NCBI GenBank assembly: GCA_951406725.2
Contig: OX597815.1
Location: 40,300,001-40,364,000 of the forward strand
Direction of reading: 5' to 3'
DNA length: 64,000 nucleotides
Origin: Octopus vulgaris
Taxonomy: Eukaryota
The notes below the pieces were generated by a model. That model was not told the DNA's origin and did not search any database. It saw only the letters and a program-made list of their open reading frames with translations. The position numbers and the translations under genes are program-made. Below, in pieces: positions 41,421-55,788 of the stretch (its first letter is position 1; each line of letters begins with the position of its first letter).

Positions 41421-42625
41421 TCTTCTATTTCATTTGTATTGTGTGTAAGTCGGACCTTTTTTGTATGCATTTCTTGTATTAATATAGTGAGACTTCATAT
41501 ATTGACCTGTCTAACTTGCTTATCCCTACATTTATTCCTATACCCACTCAAGTTTAATTCTCTTGAGCACCACTAAATGTATTCTATATGGAGAATATCT
41601 GATTCTCATCTATGAACCATATTGTCAGGGCAAATTTTTTTTCTGTAAGTCTTTCTTAACAATAAGTGCTTGACTGTGAAGTAGATTTGAAACCTGTTGT
41701 CAGTAGAATGGGGATGAGAATTGTGCATCTTTGAACCCAGTGATTCTATTAATTTAAATTGGTTTTTGTTAATCAATGAACTGCATCTAATAAGGTGTGG
41801 TTTCTATAAGAAGAAATGGGTACTTAAAATATAATTTTCAATGAAAATTTCCTTTCCACTATAGGCACAAGGCTTGAAATTTGTGGGGAGGGGACTTATC
41901 GATTACATTGACTCCAGTGCTAGACCAGGACTTAATTTATTGACCCCAAAAGGATAAAAGGTAAAGTTGACCACGACAGAATTTGAACTCAGAACGTAAA
42001 AACAGGTGAAATGCTGCTAAGCATTTTGCCCAGTGTGTTAACGACTCTGCCAGCTCACCAACACTTGTTAATTGTTATCATCTTTAACATTATCATTGTT
42101 TAATTGATTATTTCATGTTACTTTAACCCTTTTGATACCAACCCGCCTGAAACCGCCTCTGGCTCTGTAGTACAAATGCCTTGTTTTTAAAAATTCTGAA
42201 TTAAAACCTTTCAACAAACCTTAGTCAAAATTTGTATTCCTAACACTAGCTTTTTACAAAATTCTTTGTTATATTTAAAATTAATTGAAAGAAACACAAA
42301 GCATCTCAACAGAAATATGGTAACAAAAGGGTTAATGATTTCAAACAGAGACACAAGGGGCCAAAAATTTTGGGGGTCAGACTGCAGTTGATTTAACTGA
42401 TGTCAGTAGCTCAGTATATTTTTTTTATTTGTTTCAGTCATTTGACTGTGGCCATGTAAGGGCACTACCTTAAAGGGTTTTAGTCAAAGAAATCGACCCC
42501 AGATCTTATTCTATTGTTCTATTTTGCCAAACTGCCAAGTTACAAGGATGTAAATGCACAAACATCAGTTTTCAAGCAATGTTGGTGGGGGTGGAACAAA
42601 CACAAAGACACAGACACATTAATAC

Positions 42626-42660
<35 letters not shown>

Positions 42661-45104
42661 ACAGGTTTCTTTCAGTTTCCCTCTACCAAATCTACTTACA
42701 AGACTATGCTCAACTCGAGACTATAGTAGAAGAGGCTTGCCCAAGCTGCCACACAGTGGGACTGAACCCAGAACCATATGGCTGGGAAGCAAGCTTCTTA
42801 CCACGCCTAATAATGATTTTTAAATGATTTCTTTATTATTGATGAATATAACAATGGTTTCAGATTTAGGCACAAGGTCAGCAATTTTGAATAGATGGGA
42901 GGTTAGTCAAGATCATCCACCCATTAACTTGACTGATACTTTATTTTATTGACCCTGGAAGGATGAAAGGCAAAGTTGGCCACAATTCAATCAATTACAA
43001 CGATTTTAGCAGTGTTATCATTGATTGAATTGATCCAGAGGACAAAGCTAAGTAACAAAGCCTTTTGTCCATCACCCTACCCTTTCTATCATTTTAAGTA
43101 TTAGTTCTTGTAACATTCGATATCTTTGGTAGATTCTGGTGTACAGGTAAATCCTAGACAAGACAGATTGAAGATGGAGTTGTCTCTCTTCCTTACTCAA
43201 CTGCTGACTAAATTTATTTTATCTTATTACCTTACTTTAATTATTTTTGAAGTTGAAATCATTTTAAATCATCAAACCCCACCATTTTATTACTTAGATA
43301 TGCAGTTGGCACCCCTTTAGAATTAAATTATGAATTAACCTCATTTCTTGGTGCCACACCATGCACTTTTACAAGGATTTCTGTATAGTAAGCCGGTTAC
43401 TACAAACATTTGGACCAGGCTCTTGGTTGTAGATTTACACAATCACTCTAACCCCTTTAATATTCTTTCTCTGTTGCTGTATTTATCCCTACTGCAGTTA
43501 TTTATAATGTTGATGGCATTGGAAATAATTGAGCCCATCTTTTTATTACAATATCTTGGGTAAGTTTTATAGGGTAGACGTAAGTCCAAGCTAATAGACT
43601 ACAATGTAGTTTTAGTTATAGCCGTTTCTTTTAATTTATACCCATGGGAAAAATACTTGTGTACCACCTTGTTCAAACCTGCTTAGTATGTTGTGCTTGC
43701 TCCTTATCTTTTAGTCATTTCCACTTTAGTCCTTACATTAAACAAGTACAGTCCTCAGAAAGTTCATTGGCATCTATATTTTTCCATCAAATATTAATTT
43801 GCAGGCATTTCTGTTTCTGCTAAAGTTTATAGAAATTCTTTTGTTCTTTACATTATCTATGTTAACATCCACTTATTGTTTTTTCATATGCAGTAAGCAT
43901 TCCTGGGTATTTGCCCTCACACCATCCTAATCATTTTTTAAAGTTATAAAACTATACTGTGTTCATTCACAAAAATTTCCTATATACACCTTGAATCATT
44001 AAAGATCTGCAGTAATAGTTAAATTATTTTTCACTAAAGCGGTCTAACAATGATGAAACATTTCTGCCAAAAATCAGCAGACTTAACTTCCTCTTATTCT
44101 ATTTTTATTGATATAATTTAGTGTTAGGAAGGGTATCCAGCCATAGAAACCATACCAGAGCAGACAATGGAGCCTGATACAGCACTCCAGCTTGCCAGCT
44201 CTTGTCAAACCATCTACCTATGCTAGCATGGAAAATGGACATTAAATGATGATGATAATGATGCTGATGAATTTAGTCAAATAATTCAGTGGGGCAGTTA
44301 ATCCCCCTGCCTTTCTTGATAAGAATTATTAAGATAATGAAAGCTAATGATTGTTCTAGCACCTTAACCTTAGTCACATTCCATCATCACCTTTAATTAA
44401 ATTTAAATTCTCAGAAAAATTATTTCAGACACTATACCAAAATTTTATTAATTTGTTATAATAATGTATTTTCAGTTTAACACTGCCATGTGGACCTTAA
44501 GTTTTTTTTAGCAGGGGTTACTTTGTGGAAACAGTTTAAATAAGACAACAGTTTCAGCTTTGCAGATGTTCAGACATCAGTCACATCAATTTCACCAATC
44601 TTGGAAAACCTTCAAGAAGTCAGTCCAAGACCCTATCAAAATCTTTCTTAGCAAACATGTTTTTCATTATCATCATAACTTTACCTTGTACTCCTCTTGT
44701 TTTATTGTTGTTGTTTAGCTTTGCTCTAACTGCACTAAGCAGGCCTATGACAAAAGGTATCCAGTGCCTCTTTGGTTCATCCATATCTTAATGTTATTTC
44801 ATCTGTGAGAATGAACTTTGAAATATTTGGTCCAACTCCTGCAAACTAAATTTATTATTCATGCTAATATTTATCAGGGCAACCTCTTAAGGCTACTGAA
44901 GTAGTCAAGAAGCTTACTTTTTGTTCCATGGTGTTTACTACAGAAATGAAATGAAATGGTTTTTTGCATTTATTTTACTCCAAAAGTTTTCCCATTCATA
45001 ATACAAATAACAAATAAAAGTCAGTAAACCAAATAAAATTTTTAAATATTGGGACATTGAAGCTGCAAGTAATTTATTTATGTTTCATATTTCTTGTATT
45101 CCAG

Positions 45105-45275
45105 AATAGTTCAGGTATAGGCCGAGGTCTGTCAAAGTCTTCAGGAACAGTAACCAAACCAGGACAACTTTCATTCCAGCAATCACACAAAGTATCAGAT
45201 GAAGTTTTGTGTGAACAACAACCAAAATGTTATCAACCACTATGTTCCACCAGATCAGACAATCTTCAAAATCTT
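45105..45275 (+). CDS. Orphan 189-aa protein, coding exon 2
   Basis: ttcttgtattccag acceptor, gtatgt donor, 171 nt phase 0/0; NSSGIGRGLSKSSGTVTKPGQ...SDNLQNL. Confidence 0.75.
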
Positions 45276-47563
45276 GTATGTTGTCAGCTTTTGAATGTTT
45301 TGTTTTGTTTTTTTAATTTTTTTTATATATCACATTTATTTTATTTTTTTAACTGTCAGAATATTTGGTGGTAGGTCCTAGATTATTCTTTAAAATTATT
45401 TTTGTACGTAAAGATCTGTCAGTCAAAGATCTCATATAACTTTGATTCAGTGAAAATCACACATGCTCTCTCAGCTATCATTATCACTTCTATTTCTGTT
45501 TTCTATGGCTGGATGGGTCACCACAGTCTGAGTCTGTTCTTATTTTCAATTGCTGCCCTCCTAGACTAACTGGAAAACCATTTCTCTCTCTCAAAAGGTT
45601 CCATTCTTTGCATCATGTCCTCAGCTGGAGGCCTTTCCTAACAGAGATTCAACATTCCTAAGATCAGCTTTAGCCACTTCATCCCATGTCTTCATGAGAT
45701 TCCCTTTTTCACTTCTTTATGCTGCTCTCATCCTTCATAAGCATCACATGCTTGTACCATTGTAGTCTTCTCTTTCATACTCTACACTCGGTTCCTTTTA
45801 TATTTAGTTTTCCTTCCAGTTCTTCTCTGCTATGTTGTTCATATATACTAACATTACATATCCTGCAGAACATGCTAGCTTCATTTCTTTCTAGTTTACA
45901 CAAATTTTATGCATTCAACATCCATATCTTACAGTGTTGCAGTTTGTACACAGGCAACATACAATCTACCCTTCACTCCGAGAGAAAAATTCTATTGTTA
46001 TGAGTAGAGAGATAGTAGTTCCCTAAATTTTTTCCACCCTTTTCTTAATTTGACATTGGACTTTCAAAGCACACACTTCTATTGTTAATTAGATCACCTA
46101 GGTAACAAAAGCTGTTCACTATTTCTAGGGAACCATCTGGGCATCTCGAGAGAATCTGTTTCATGGGGGCTCTTAGTGCTCTTGTGCATCTGCTGCATAT
46201 GAGGTCTACCCTTTCTCTTAGCCTACTTGTAATTCCACTACATCTCTTGTGTACTACTTCTTATAATACTTAGTCAAACCTTATACATTTATCAATACTC
46301 AAAATAGATACCTTTTATAGTGAAAATTTAATAAAATAAAGGCAGAGAAACTATATAATGCACCTTAGAGTCTATGAATCCTATATAACATTCTATCAGG
46401 CTAACAAAGGGACTACTTTGTGGTCGCTGAATATACTTGAAGCAGCAACCCATATCCTCCTCAAATCATACTCTACAGTCTTAAAAGAGGATGAGCACAT
46501 TGGAGAATGTGTTCCTGGATGTACACTACCTAATAAAAGAACAGGTTGGTTTTGGCTGGAAGTCCTTTGATCATAGGTTTACACAATTGTGGTATGACTT
46601 ATGACTAAGCAACAACAATATGTAACATTGTATAGCTGGGTTTTTTCTAAAATATTTTGATCTCTCACCATATTATTCTGACTGAATTAGATTTCCTTCA
46701 ATTATGAATTGTTTCAAAGCAAGTCTACCATTTTTTTTTTGTTTAGTTTTTGGTTTTCTTTTTTAATGTAAGAAGGCACAGGGTTTTTTTTGTTTTACTT
46801 TTGGAGACCTTCCCAGATTTCGTGAGATACATATAACTAATGATTAACTATTTTGATACCAAACCACTTGAGAATATCTCTGGTTCTCTAATACAAACTT
46901 ACTGTTTTATAGTGATAAATTAAAACCTTCCATCATGATTTTATGTTAATATATGTTCCAAGCGAAGGTGGCAAGCTGGCAGAATTGTAAATATGCTGGA
47001 CAAAATGCTTAGCAGTATTTCATCCATCTTTACATTCTGAGTTCAAATTCCACCAAGGTCGACTTTGTCTTTCATCCTTTTGGGGGTCGATAAAATTAGT
47101 ACCTGTTGATCACTAGGGTCGATGTAAGTGACTTAGTTGCTCCCCCAAAATAGCTGACTTTGTGCCAAAATTTGAAATATATGTTCCAAACAACTGCAAA
47201 ATTTTGTTGAAACTGAGGCAGTGTATCTCAATAGGAATATAGTAAGAAAAGGGTTAACCTAAATATCTGCAGGATGGAAAGAGGTGTTAAAATGCTTGCA
47301 AGTTAACTCCACTAAAGGCTCTCGTGGATCAGGCAGTGATGTTAAACCAAAAATACATTGTTATATACAATTAATTAAATTTCTCTGTTTTTGTATATTT
47401 TCTAATAATTTGAGATTTAAGTTATTAACACTATCATCAAGAAAGTTAATCTTTTCACAAACTGCAAGAGCCCATGGAGTCATCAATATTTAATTTATCT
47501 ATTTTATTGTCTTGATCTTTTAATGTTTAATTTCTTAATTATTTATTTCTTCATCCATTTCAG

Positions 47564-47773
47564 GCAAGACATGAGAAGAAAGAATCAATAATTTTTGATC
47601 AAAATTCATTCAACAACTTAGATATTACCTGTTTTAAGGAAGTTGAAAGAAATGATAATTCAAAGGAGATAGACATTTGTAATGATAATGACTTTCCAGA
47701 ATTAATTACTAATAATGGTTCTGAAAATAGCATCACTAAAAGGACAAGGAAACCTCGATGCAGTAAAAAATAG
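47564..47773 (+). CDS. Orphan 189-aa protein, terminal coding exon
   Basis: ttcttcatccatttcag acceptor; 69 open codons in very AT-rich DNA, ARHEKKESIIFDQ...KRTRKPRCSKK*; phase matches the previous exon. Confidence 0.75.
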   Translation, partial: ARHEKKESIIFDQNSFNNLDITCFKEVERNDNSKEIDICNDNDFPELITNNGSENSITKRTRKPRCSKK

Positions 47774-49752
47774 TAAAAAATGGGCTTTAAATTTGTTATT
47801 TTTAACCTGTTTCTATAATTTATTTTGTCATACAAAAATTTACTTCCGTGTGTTTTTGTTTTCAAGTTTCATGTACATATGTTTATTTTATCATTAAAAC
47901 TGAAAAAATGTTTGAATCTTTGAATTATATATTCATCTTAATCACGCATGTTTTTGGAGGGAACTTAATAGTATGGTTTTGGGTTTGCTCCTGCAATGCA
48001 AGAATCTTTATTCAAGTTGCCTTGAATTAATTGTTCCATCTAGTTTTCTTTTCAGTGCCTTAGTTAAAGTCCATGTAGCACAGCTGTATAAGAGCATAGT
48101 TTCTGTTGTTGCTTCAAAGAAGCTTATCTTCAACCCTGTTTAGATTTCATTTCCAAATGGTGTCTATCATGTTTTAGCAATGCAAGTTTTGATGGCCTTC
48201 TCACTTGTATCAACCTACAAGCCCAGATATAAGAAATCATGTACTTCATTTTGTCCTTACTTGTATGCATGCCCAATCTGTAACGCACATCAGCATAATC
48301 TGTATCCGAGTGGCACTGCAGAATGCCAGCTGCTATCTGCTGTGTGCTTGTTGTGGTCTAAAGCTGATGGATTTTTTTTTTTTTTGCTTCTTTCATTGCA
48401 TAGTGTAGTCCTATTACAAATAGGAAGCAGGCAAGAGTGTCACCTTAAAGTACTCCTGCCAAAATTTCAAAGGACTCACTGTCACCACTGAGAGATAGTA
48501 CCATACAGCCAAACTCATCAAATGGTAGCCCCATACAACATACCAGGTCCTTAATGTAATCTTCCAAGAGTTACCTCTTGAAAAGAATACTGAGATTCTA
48601 TGGACTCTACTTTCATAGCAAGGCTGAAGTAGTGAGTTGAATGCAGATGTGGGAATCAACACATGGAAAGCAACCTAGTCTTGCCAAGACATTACCTGAC
48701 CAGTACATAGTAAGTAGTATTTGGTAAACAAACTGCAGAAACTCTTCATATATATATATATATATATATACATATATTGCAACAAGAATGGGTATGTCTT
48801 CCCTGAGGAGCAATTGACAAATACTCTCTCAGAAGACACTGTTTTTAGTTGTGGTGCACCTCAGCACAGTATGCAATCAGCTCAATATAAATATAGTTTG
48901 GATTCAGTTCCAGCGTATGTCACTTTGGGCAACTGTCTTCTACTGTAAAATGATACATCACATTACATTCCCTGAGCAAGTGTCCTCTACTATAGTCTTG
49001 GGCTGACCAAAACCTTGTGAATGGATTTGGTACACAAAACCTAAAAGAAGCCTGTCGTGTATATTTTTATGTCTCTTTGTCTCAATATAATTTTAATGTT
49101 TACTTAACTAACATTGCATGGGTCTGACAGAATTTGTCATGGAAAATTTCTTCTAGCTGCATGCACTTCCTCTTGCCAATTGCCACCTGTTTCCAAGTAA
49201 GAAAATACTTGCCTGTGGAAGATTGGAAATAAAGGACATCACTTACATGACAATGATGCTTATTTACAAACTATTGCATGATGTCATGACAAGGGGTCAC
49301 AAACATGTATGGGGACACTCACACAAGACTGGCTTCTTTCAGCTTACCTCTACCAAATCCACTTCTCACAAGACTTTGGTCAGCCAAGGGCTACAATAGA
49401 AGACACTTGCTCAAAGTTTCATGCAGTGGGACTAAACCTGAAGCCACAAAGTTGCAAAGCTAACTTCTCAATTATACAGGCATACCTGCATTTATGTGTG
49501 TGTGTGTGTATGAAAGAGAAAGTGTATCTTTCACACTAATATACAGAAAAATATTTCAGAAAAAGATACAAATAAAACTGGTTAAATTTTTACAATTAAC
49601 TAAAACTTTGGTTCAAAATTTTGAATAAAATTTATTTCTTGGATACAATATCACAGGCAAAGACCAGTAGATGAGATAAAATTGGTATAGTCCTAGAAAA
49701 CTGATGATGGCTTGCATCAGCAAGAAAGTTCAATTTTATGTTAAATCTATAT

Positions 49753-49760
49753 CTAACAAT
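49753..49760 (-). CDS. Secreted Cys-rich repeat protein, terminal exon (D-C-stop)
   Basis: Strong tttttgttttcttctttcag acceptor; G|AT TGT TAG supplies the 12th mature Cys; AATAAA downstream at 49631-49636. Confidence 0.75.
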
Positions 49761-50212
49761 CTGAAAGAAGAAAACAAAAACTGTATAAAAAGCATGTTTA
49801 TAGAAATGATAAAATAAAACAATTCACATTGTACCTATTTACAGCTATATGAACTGGAATACTGGGAGTTTGTTGTCTTGGATGGAAAGATTTTCTTATA
49901 TAAATTGCTAAATCTCCAGTTGGAAGGCTACCTATAATCTCTGACAAAATGTTCTGCTTGAAATGTTAGATTCTATTTTGCCACAGCCAAAAAAATTATG
50001 CTTCTGTATGAAATTTTTGTATTTCCATATTATCCAATTATTTTAGATACAATTAGATCATTTTAAGAATAATCTTGTCATCCACAAATTTTTTAAATGT
50101 TGACAATTTGTCTTACTGTTCACATTCAGAAAAATGAAATATGTAAATTGCATAATTTTCAGCCACTTTAATTAGTGCTCTTTACAAAAAGTACAAAAAA
50201 ATCTTTACTTAC

Positions 50213-50338
50213 CAGATACCTTAATTGTTACAGCAAAATGGCCTTTATTTACACATTTTCGTACTGTACATTTTCCATGTAAGTTATCCTTCCACGTTTC
50301 ACCAAATTTGTGACATTTATGGTCATGTCCTTCACATC
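50213..50338 (-). CDS. Secreted Cys-rich repeat protein, repeat-3 exon
   Basis: cctacttcag / gtaagt, 126 nt, phase 1-1; RCEGHDHKCHKFGETWKDNLHGKCTVRKCVNKGHFAVTIKVS. Confidence 0.9.
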
Positions 50339-51249
50339 CTGAAGTAGGTTTAAAGAAAAATCCTTTTATTTTTCTACCCACTCAAATGAATTGAGAATGA
50401 AAAATTACAACAAAGCTTTTCAAGTAATAAGAAAGAATAATAATAAAAAGACAGCTGCTTTATAAAAAACAAATAGGAAATTATATGCTTACATGGTTAA
50501 TACAGTGAACCAAGAAGTTTCAATTAATTGAGGCCACTCCCCCTGGTGAAGAGGATTGGCCTGCAAGAGTCCTGTACTGGTGCCATGTGGAAAGCACTCA
50601 TGGCAGCACAATGTTAACGGCACCCAGCACACACTAAATCATTTGGCAGTAGGAAGAGTATCCAGCTGTAGAAACAAAGCCAAATCAGACTCAAACCTGG
50701 TGCAGCATTCTGGTTTACCAGCACAGGTCAAACTGTACAACCCATGTCAGCATGGAAAACAGCCATTAAAGGATGATGATGATGTTATTGATTAATGCTA
50801 ATCAAGAATTTAAAAATTTTCATACAATAGTTCTTTTGATAATATTGATTTTTAACATTTTGTATATAGTTGAATTAATCTCATCTAATTACTTTTTTGT
50901 TCAGTTCACTTTGATGGAATTTGAGCCTATAATTAAAATTGACATAACTAAATATTGACACCCTACTACTCTATGACAGCTTTTAGTTTTGAGAAATGGA
51001 ATAGGAACTTGTGATATATACAGTCAATAAGGAGGGCCACCACAGAGTCATTTAGCCTGCTAAAAACAACAGCCAAATTTTCCTCAAATTACACTACCAT
51101 CTTTTAAAAAATAGAAAGGAAACATTGGAATACATATCAGAAATTAAGATGTAATGGTCACAACTGGAATGCCTTTGATCATAAATCTGTTTAATCATGG
51201 TGGCCTTGAAAACTAAACAGCAACAAATCCTTCAGTGTTTCAGAACTAG

Positions 51250-52470
51250 AGAAGAAATTAATCTAGCAAAAGCCAAAGTCTTAGTAAGTAGGAAAGCAGA
51301 CAAATCAGAAAATCCTTTCAGGTAGATGGCCCTGTTCAATCTGTAGAAAAGGCATAGGTAGAAAATCCATAAGATGTATCTGGTGTAAGCTATGGGCACA
51401 TAAGAGGTGCAACAATATCAGAGGGAGGTTAACAGGGAAACTAGTTTTTGTGTGTGGATGGTGCATAGGTACAATAAATAATACAAATGTACAGAAAATA
51501 GACTCCATCAAATGTCAGTGGGGTGAGCTAGAAGTAGTTGGTAGCTTCTGTTACCTAGGTGACCAAGTCAGTAGTGGAGGTGGATGCTCTGAGAGCATAG
51601 CTGCTAGAATAAGAATAGGGTGGGCAAAGTTCAGAGAGCTCCTACCTCTGTTGGTAACAAAGGGCTTCTCCCTCAGAGTGAAAGGTAGATTGTATGATGC
51701 CTGTGTGCAAACAGCCATGCTACATGAGCTGTAACTGCCAAGAACATGCATAAGCTTGAAAGAAATGAAGCAAGTATGCTTCATTGGATGTATAATGTCA
51801 GTGTGCATGTATGACAGTATAAGCATCTTGAGAGAAAAGTTGAGTATAAGTGCATCAGATGTGTGCGAGAGAAACAACTGCACTGGTTTAGTCATGTGAT
51901 GTGGATGAATGTGGACAGCTATTTGAAGAAGTGCCAATCTCTAACAGTGGAGGGAAACCCAAGAAGACATGGGATGAGCTGGTGAAACATGGACCTCACA
52001 GAGGCAATGACTAGTTTCTGAGACTTGGCAATATGCCATGCTTGAGAAGACCTCTCAAGCCAAGTGAAATAATTGTCAGTGTCACAACTGGCACCCCTAC
52101 CAGTGGCATGTAAAAAGCACCTTTTGAGTGTTGGGCCTCATGGAGGCAATGTGGCCGATGCTTGTGTCACATAAAAAGCACCTTTCAAGCATTGGGCTTC
52201 ACAGAGGCAATGTCAAATGAGCAAGACCTTTGACAATATGCTGTGCTTGAGAAGAAGATCCATCAAGCCAAGTGAATTTGTAGTCATGGAAGATACACAG
52301 TTGTCACGCAACTGACACACAGAAGCACCCATTACACTCTTGGAGTGGTTGGTGTTAGGAAGGGCATCCAGCCATGCCAAATCAGACTGGAGTCTGGTGC
52401 AGCTTAACAGCCCTGGTCAAACCATCCAACCTATGATAGAATGGACATTAAATTATGATGATGGTAATGA
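51250..52470 (+). mobile_element. Degenerate RTE LINE 3' part, same family as 9128-11040
   Basis: LEVVGSFCYLGDQVSSGGGC..RIGWAKFRELLPLL; frameshifts; ends in the family (GAT)n tail. Confidence 0.85.
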
Positions 52471-53067
52471 TTTAAAATGAAATTTAAATTAAACATTGGC
52501 ATAGATACGTGTGTGTCTCATAAGACATTGGATCATAAGAGCACCACCTGTAGGTTTTGTCCTGCAAAAAATAAGCAAAGGCAGATTGGTAAAAATGATC
52601 CACTTTTCTGAACAATATTCAATGAAGGGTTTCATTGCAGTACTGCAAGCTAATGAAGAATATTTTTGCTCTCCAATGCAGAAAGATGCACCATCCATGG
52701 TCCCAATTTCATTTTAGATGTTTGGTTTATTTGAGAGCTAAGTATTTTGAGTATGGTCACAGAGCTCTACAGACTGGATATGAAGTGTTAATACCTAAGT
52801 CAACTGTTTTACACTTGATTCAGCCAACTGCAGTTCTTGAAATGTAATAAATGTAGTTATTTACTTCTGTTAAATACTGACAAGGACTTTAGATATCTAC
52901 ATGGATAGATATCTATAATATTTAGTTTTGGTTAAAATAAATGAATTGGCAGTGCTCTAGCATGGCCACAACCTTAGGGCTGAAACATGTAAAAGAATAA
53001 AAGAATAAACATTTGAAAGAAAAAAAATTAAATGATTTAATAATTTGAAACAATTCACTCAACTTAC

Positions 53068-53181
53068 GCATGTTAAGTTTCTTAACGACTAATTTACCAT
53101 TTTTATGGAGGCAAGTGTAAGCAATGCAATAATTTGTCCAGTGACTACCTATTGCTCTGCATATAGCACCACTGTCACAAG
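53068..53181 (-). CDS. Secreted Cys-rich repeat protein, repeat-2 exon
   Basis: ttttctttattacag / gtaagt, 114 nt, phase 1-1; ACDSGAICRAIGSHWTNYCIAYTCLHKNGKLVVKKLNM. Confidence 0.9.
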
Positions 53182-54713
53182 CTGTAATAAAGAAAATGAA
53201 AGTTAATTTTTTAGTTTACAACTATTACATCTATATTAATAAAAGTGATTTTGGGTCCTACGGAGGCAAAGTGGCTGAGCTCCTTTCAAGTGTTGGGCCT
53301 GACCAAGACCTTTGGCTTTATGACATGCTTGAGAAGAAAACCCATTGAGACCTTTGGCATTATGTCATGCTTGAGAAGAAGACCCATCAAGCCAAGCAAA
53401 ATTGCAGTCATGGCAGATACTGGTGTCACGCAAATGGCACCCATGCTGGTGGCACGTAAAAGCACCCATTACACTCTATGAGTGGTTGGCGTTAGGAAGG
53501 GCATCCAGCGATAGAAACCATGCCAAATCAGACTGAAGTCTGGTGCAGCCCTTATCAAATCATCCAACCCATGCCAGCATGAACAACAGACATTAAATGA
53601 TGATGATGATGAAATTCTGTCTGTCTGGGATCCCTGTGTCTCAGTCTACATTTGCTCTACATAGACCTTTTTCTTACCTTTTTGGAATCAGGATGATCCC
53701 AGGATTGAAAATCTGCCCTTCATTTGGTTCTTGAACATCCAGCATTGGGATCTGATTTAAAAGCATTTGGGTTGTTATTTCTAGCAGATAAAGTGACCGT
53801 GAGAGGTACAAGGGTTACCTCCTTTAGCTTTAAGTTTTACTAAGGAATTTAGAGGTTCTTTTATCTATTTCAGTCATCAGACTGCAGCCATGCTAGGGCA
53901 CTGCCTTGAAGAATTTCAATCAAATAAGTCAACACCAGTTCTTTCTTTTTTATGCTTGGTACTTTTTCATTGACCTCTTTTACCAAACCACTAAGTTATG
54001 TGAATGTAAACACAGCAACACCAATTATCAAGTGGTGGTGGTGGGGGTGGGGACAAACACAGACATAAATCAATAATATTAATATGCTTAGTTTTGTTTG
54101 TTTTTGTACATACCTGTAGTGTGTCACACTTACTTCAAAGGAAAAGGTAAAAAGGTTGAAGGGAGAGGTACAAAGAAAGCCAGAGGTGCAAAGTGAGAGA
54201 GAGAGAGAAAGAGAAAGAGTGAGTGGTGAGTGAAAGGAAGAGCGGAAGAATATTAATCAGTATTTTCAGAGTAGACTGATGCATACATCGAAAGAAAAGT
54301 AGATACATAGACACATTAGTAAATCAAAGACAAATAACTACAGCAAATATTGGATGTCACTTTCACTTTTCATTACCACATGAGGACAAAATTAATTAAC
54401 ATAGTTCTCAGGGAGATTCAGCCTCACACAGAATGTGACAAGGCTGGCCCCTTTGAATTACAGCTACAACTAATTTTGGCTAGATGAGTGGACTGGAGGA
54501 AGATAAGCTTTCAAGTGGTTGGAAGAAAACAAAAAAAGACCCAATACAGAGGCAGGAAAATCATTTTAGTCATTAGGGTCACTATGGGTGTTAATTCAGT
54601 CCTAACAGCAGCCTATCTATCTATCTATCTATCTATCTATCTGTCTATCTGTCTGTCTGTCTGTCTGTCTGTTATTTTGTCTTGTCTGCTTCTCTCTCTC
54701 TTTCTCTCTTATG

Positions 54714-54754
<41 letters not shown>

Positions 54755-55114
54755 TCTGTCTGTCTCTCTCTCTCAGCAAATACCTGTTACTTTTCTACAC
54801 TCAAAGGGAGAGGTAGAAAGAAAAATAACACTAAAAAGTGTTAAGCAGAGGAAATATACTTTAAGTGAGTGTTAAAGTGAGAGAGAGTGAGTTTGTTTTT
54901 AAATGTTTATCAGTATTTTCAGAGTAGACAGATACTTAACCACAGCAAATATTGGATGCTACTTTCACTTTCCAACAATATAATTAACTACCATATTCTA
55001 TTGGATATTACTGTAAATGTCACAATATAGAAACATTTCTCATGGCACCAGTACACAATTTACAGATGCTTACATTTTTTTATGTTTACCATGAAGTTTT
55101 CACGAATCCAGCTA

Positions 55115-55188
<74 letters not shown>

Positions 55189-55677
55189 GTAAATAATAAT
55201 AATGGTATATTTTTATAAGCTTAAAGCAAATGACTAAGGAAAATGGTCTAATAATGGGACGTATAAGCCACACAACAGAAAAAAGTAGGCTTTCCCATAC
55301 ACATGAGACTCAAACCTACATCCCTTTGTTAACGGGACTAAGTGTGTTACTGATTACACCAACGAACCAGCCTACTCCTTTCTGTCAAATTTAAGAACTA
55401 TTAGGTCATCCCATAAGTTCTGTCCGATTTTACCTTTTTTTAAAATTGAATGAAATTTAATAGTATTTTAGAATGCCCAGAGCTATAGTAGAAGACACTT
55501 TCCCAAAGTGCCAAACAGTGGGGCTAAACTGGAAACCCCATGGTTGCAAAATAAGCTCCTTACCCACACAGCCATGCCTGTTCACTTTATTCTATACAAC
55601 TGCATTGTATTTGTGGAACTAGAATTTACAAAGCACATACATTCCTAAATGAAATTAATACAGCCAACAAGTCTTAC

Positions 55678-55788
55678 CTGCATTTATTAATTTAACTTTA
55701 CCCTGCTGACAGCCAAATTTGACACACTTCTCTCCCCATTCATCACCATGTTTATGAGTGACTCCTTTATGTGTACAGGATGGTGGAT
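55678..55788 (-). CDS. Secreted Cys-rich repeat protein, repeat-1 exon
   Basis: ttctcttgtattttag / gtaaga, 111 nt, phase 1-1; DPPSCTHKGVTHKHGDEWGEKCVKFGCQQGKVKLINA. Confidence 0.9.

Noticed and set aside
44511-44715. Open frame after a tttttttag acceptor in the orphan's intron
   Set aside because: No convincing donor or homology; the gene reads in frame without it
49701-49735. CTGATGA...GAAA
   Set aside because: No credible stem III or stem I; lies antisense in a 3' UTR
55296-55368. tRNA-like sequence on - strand
   Set aside because: A/B-box remnants only; acceptor and anticodon stems do not pair, so a pseudogene or SINE head
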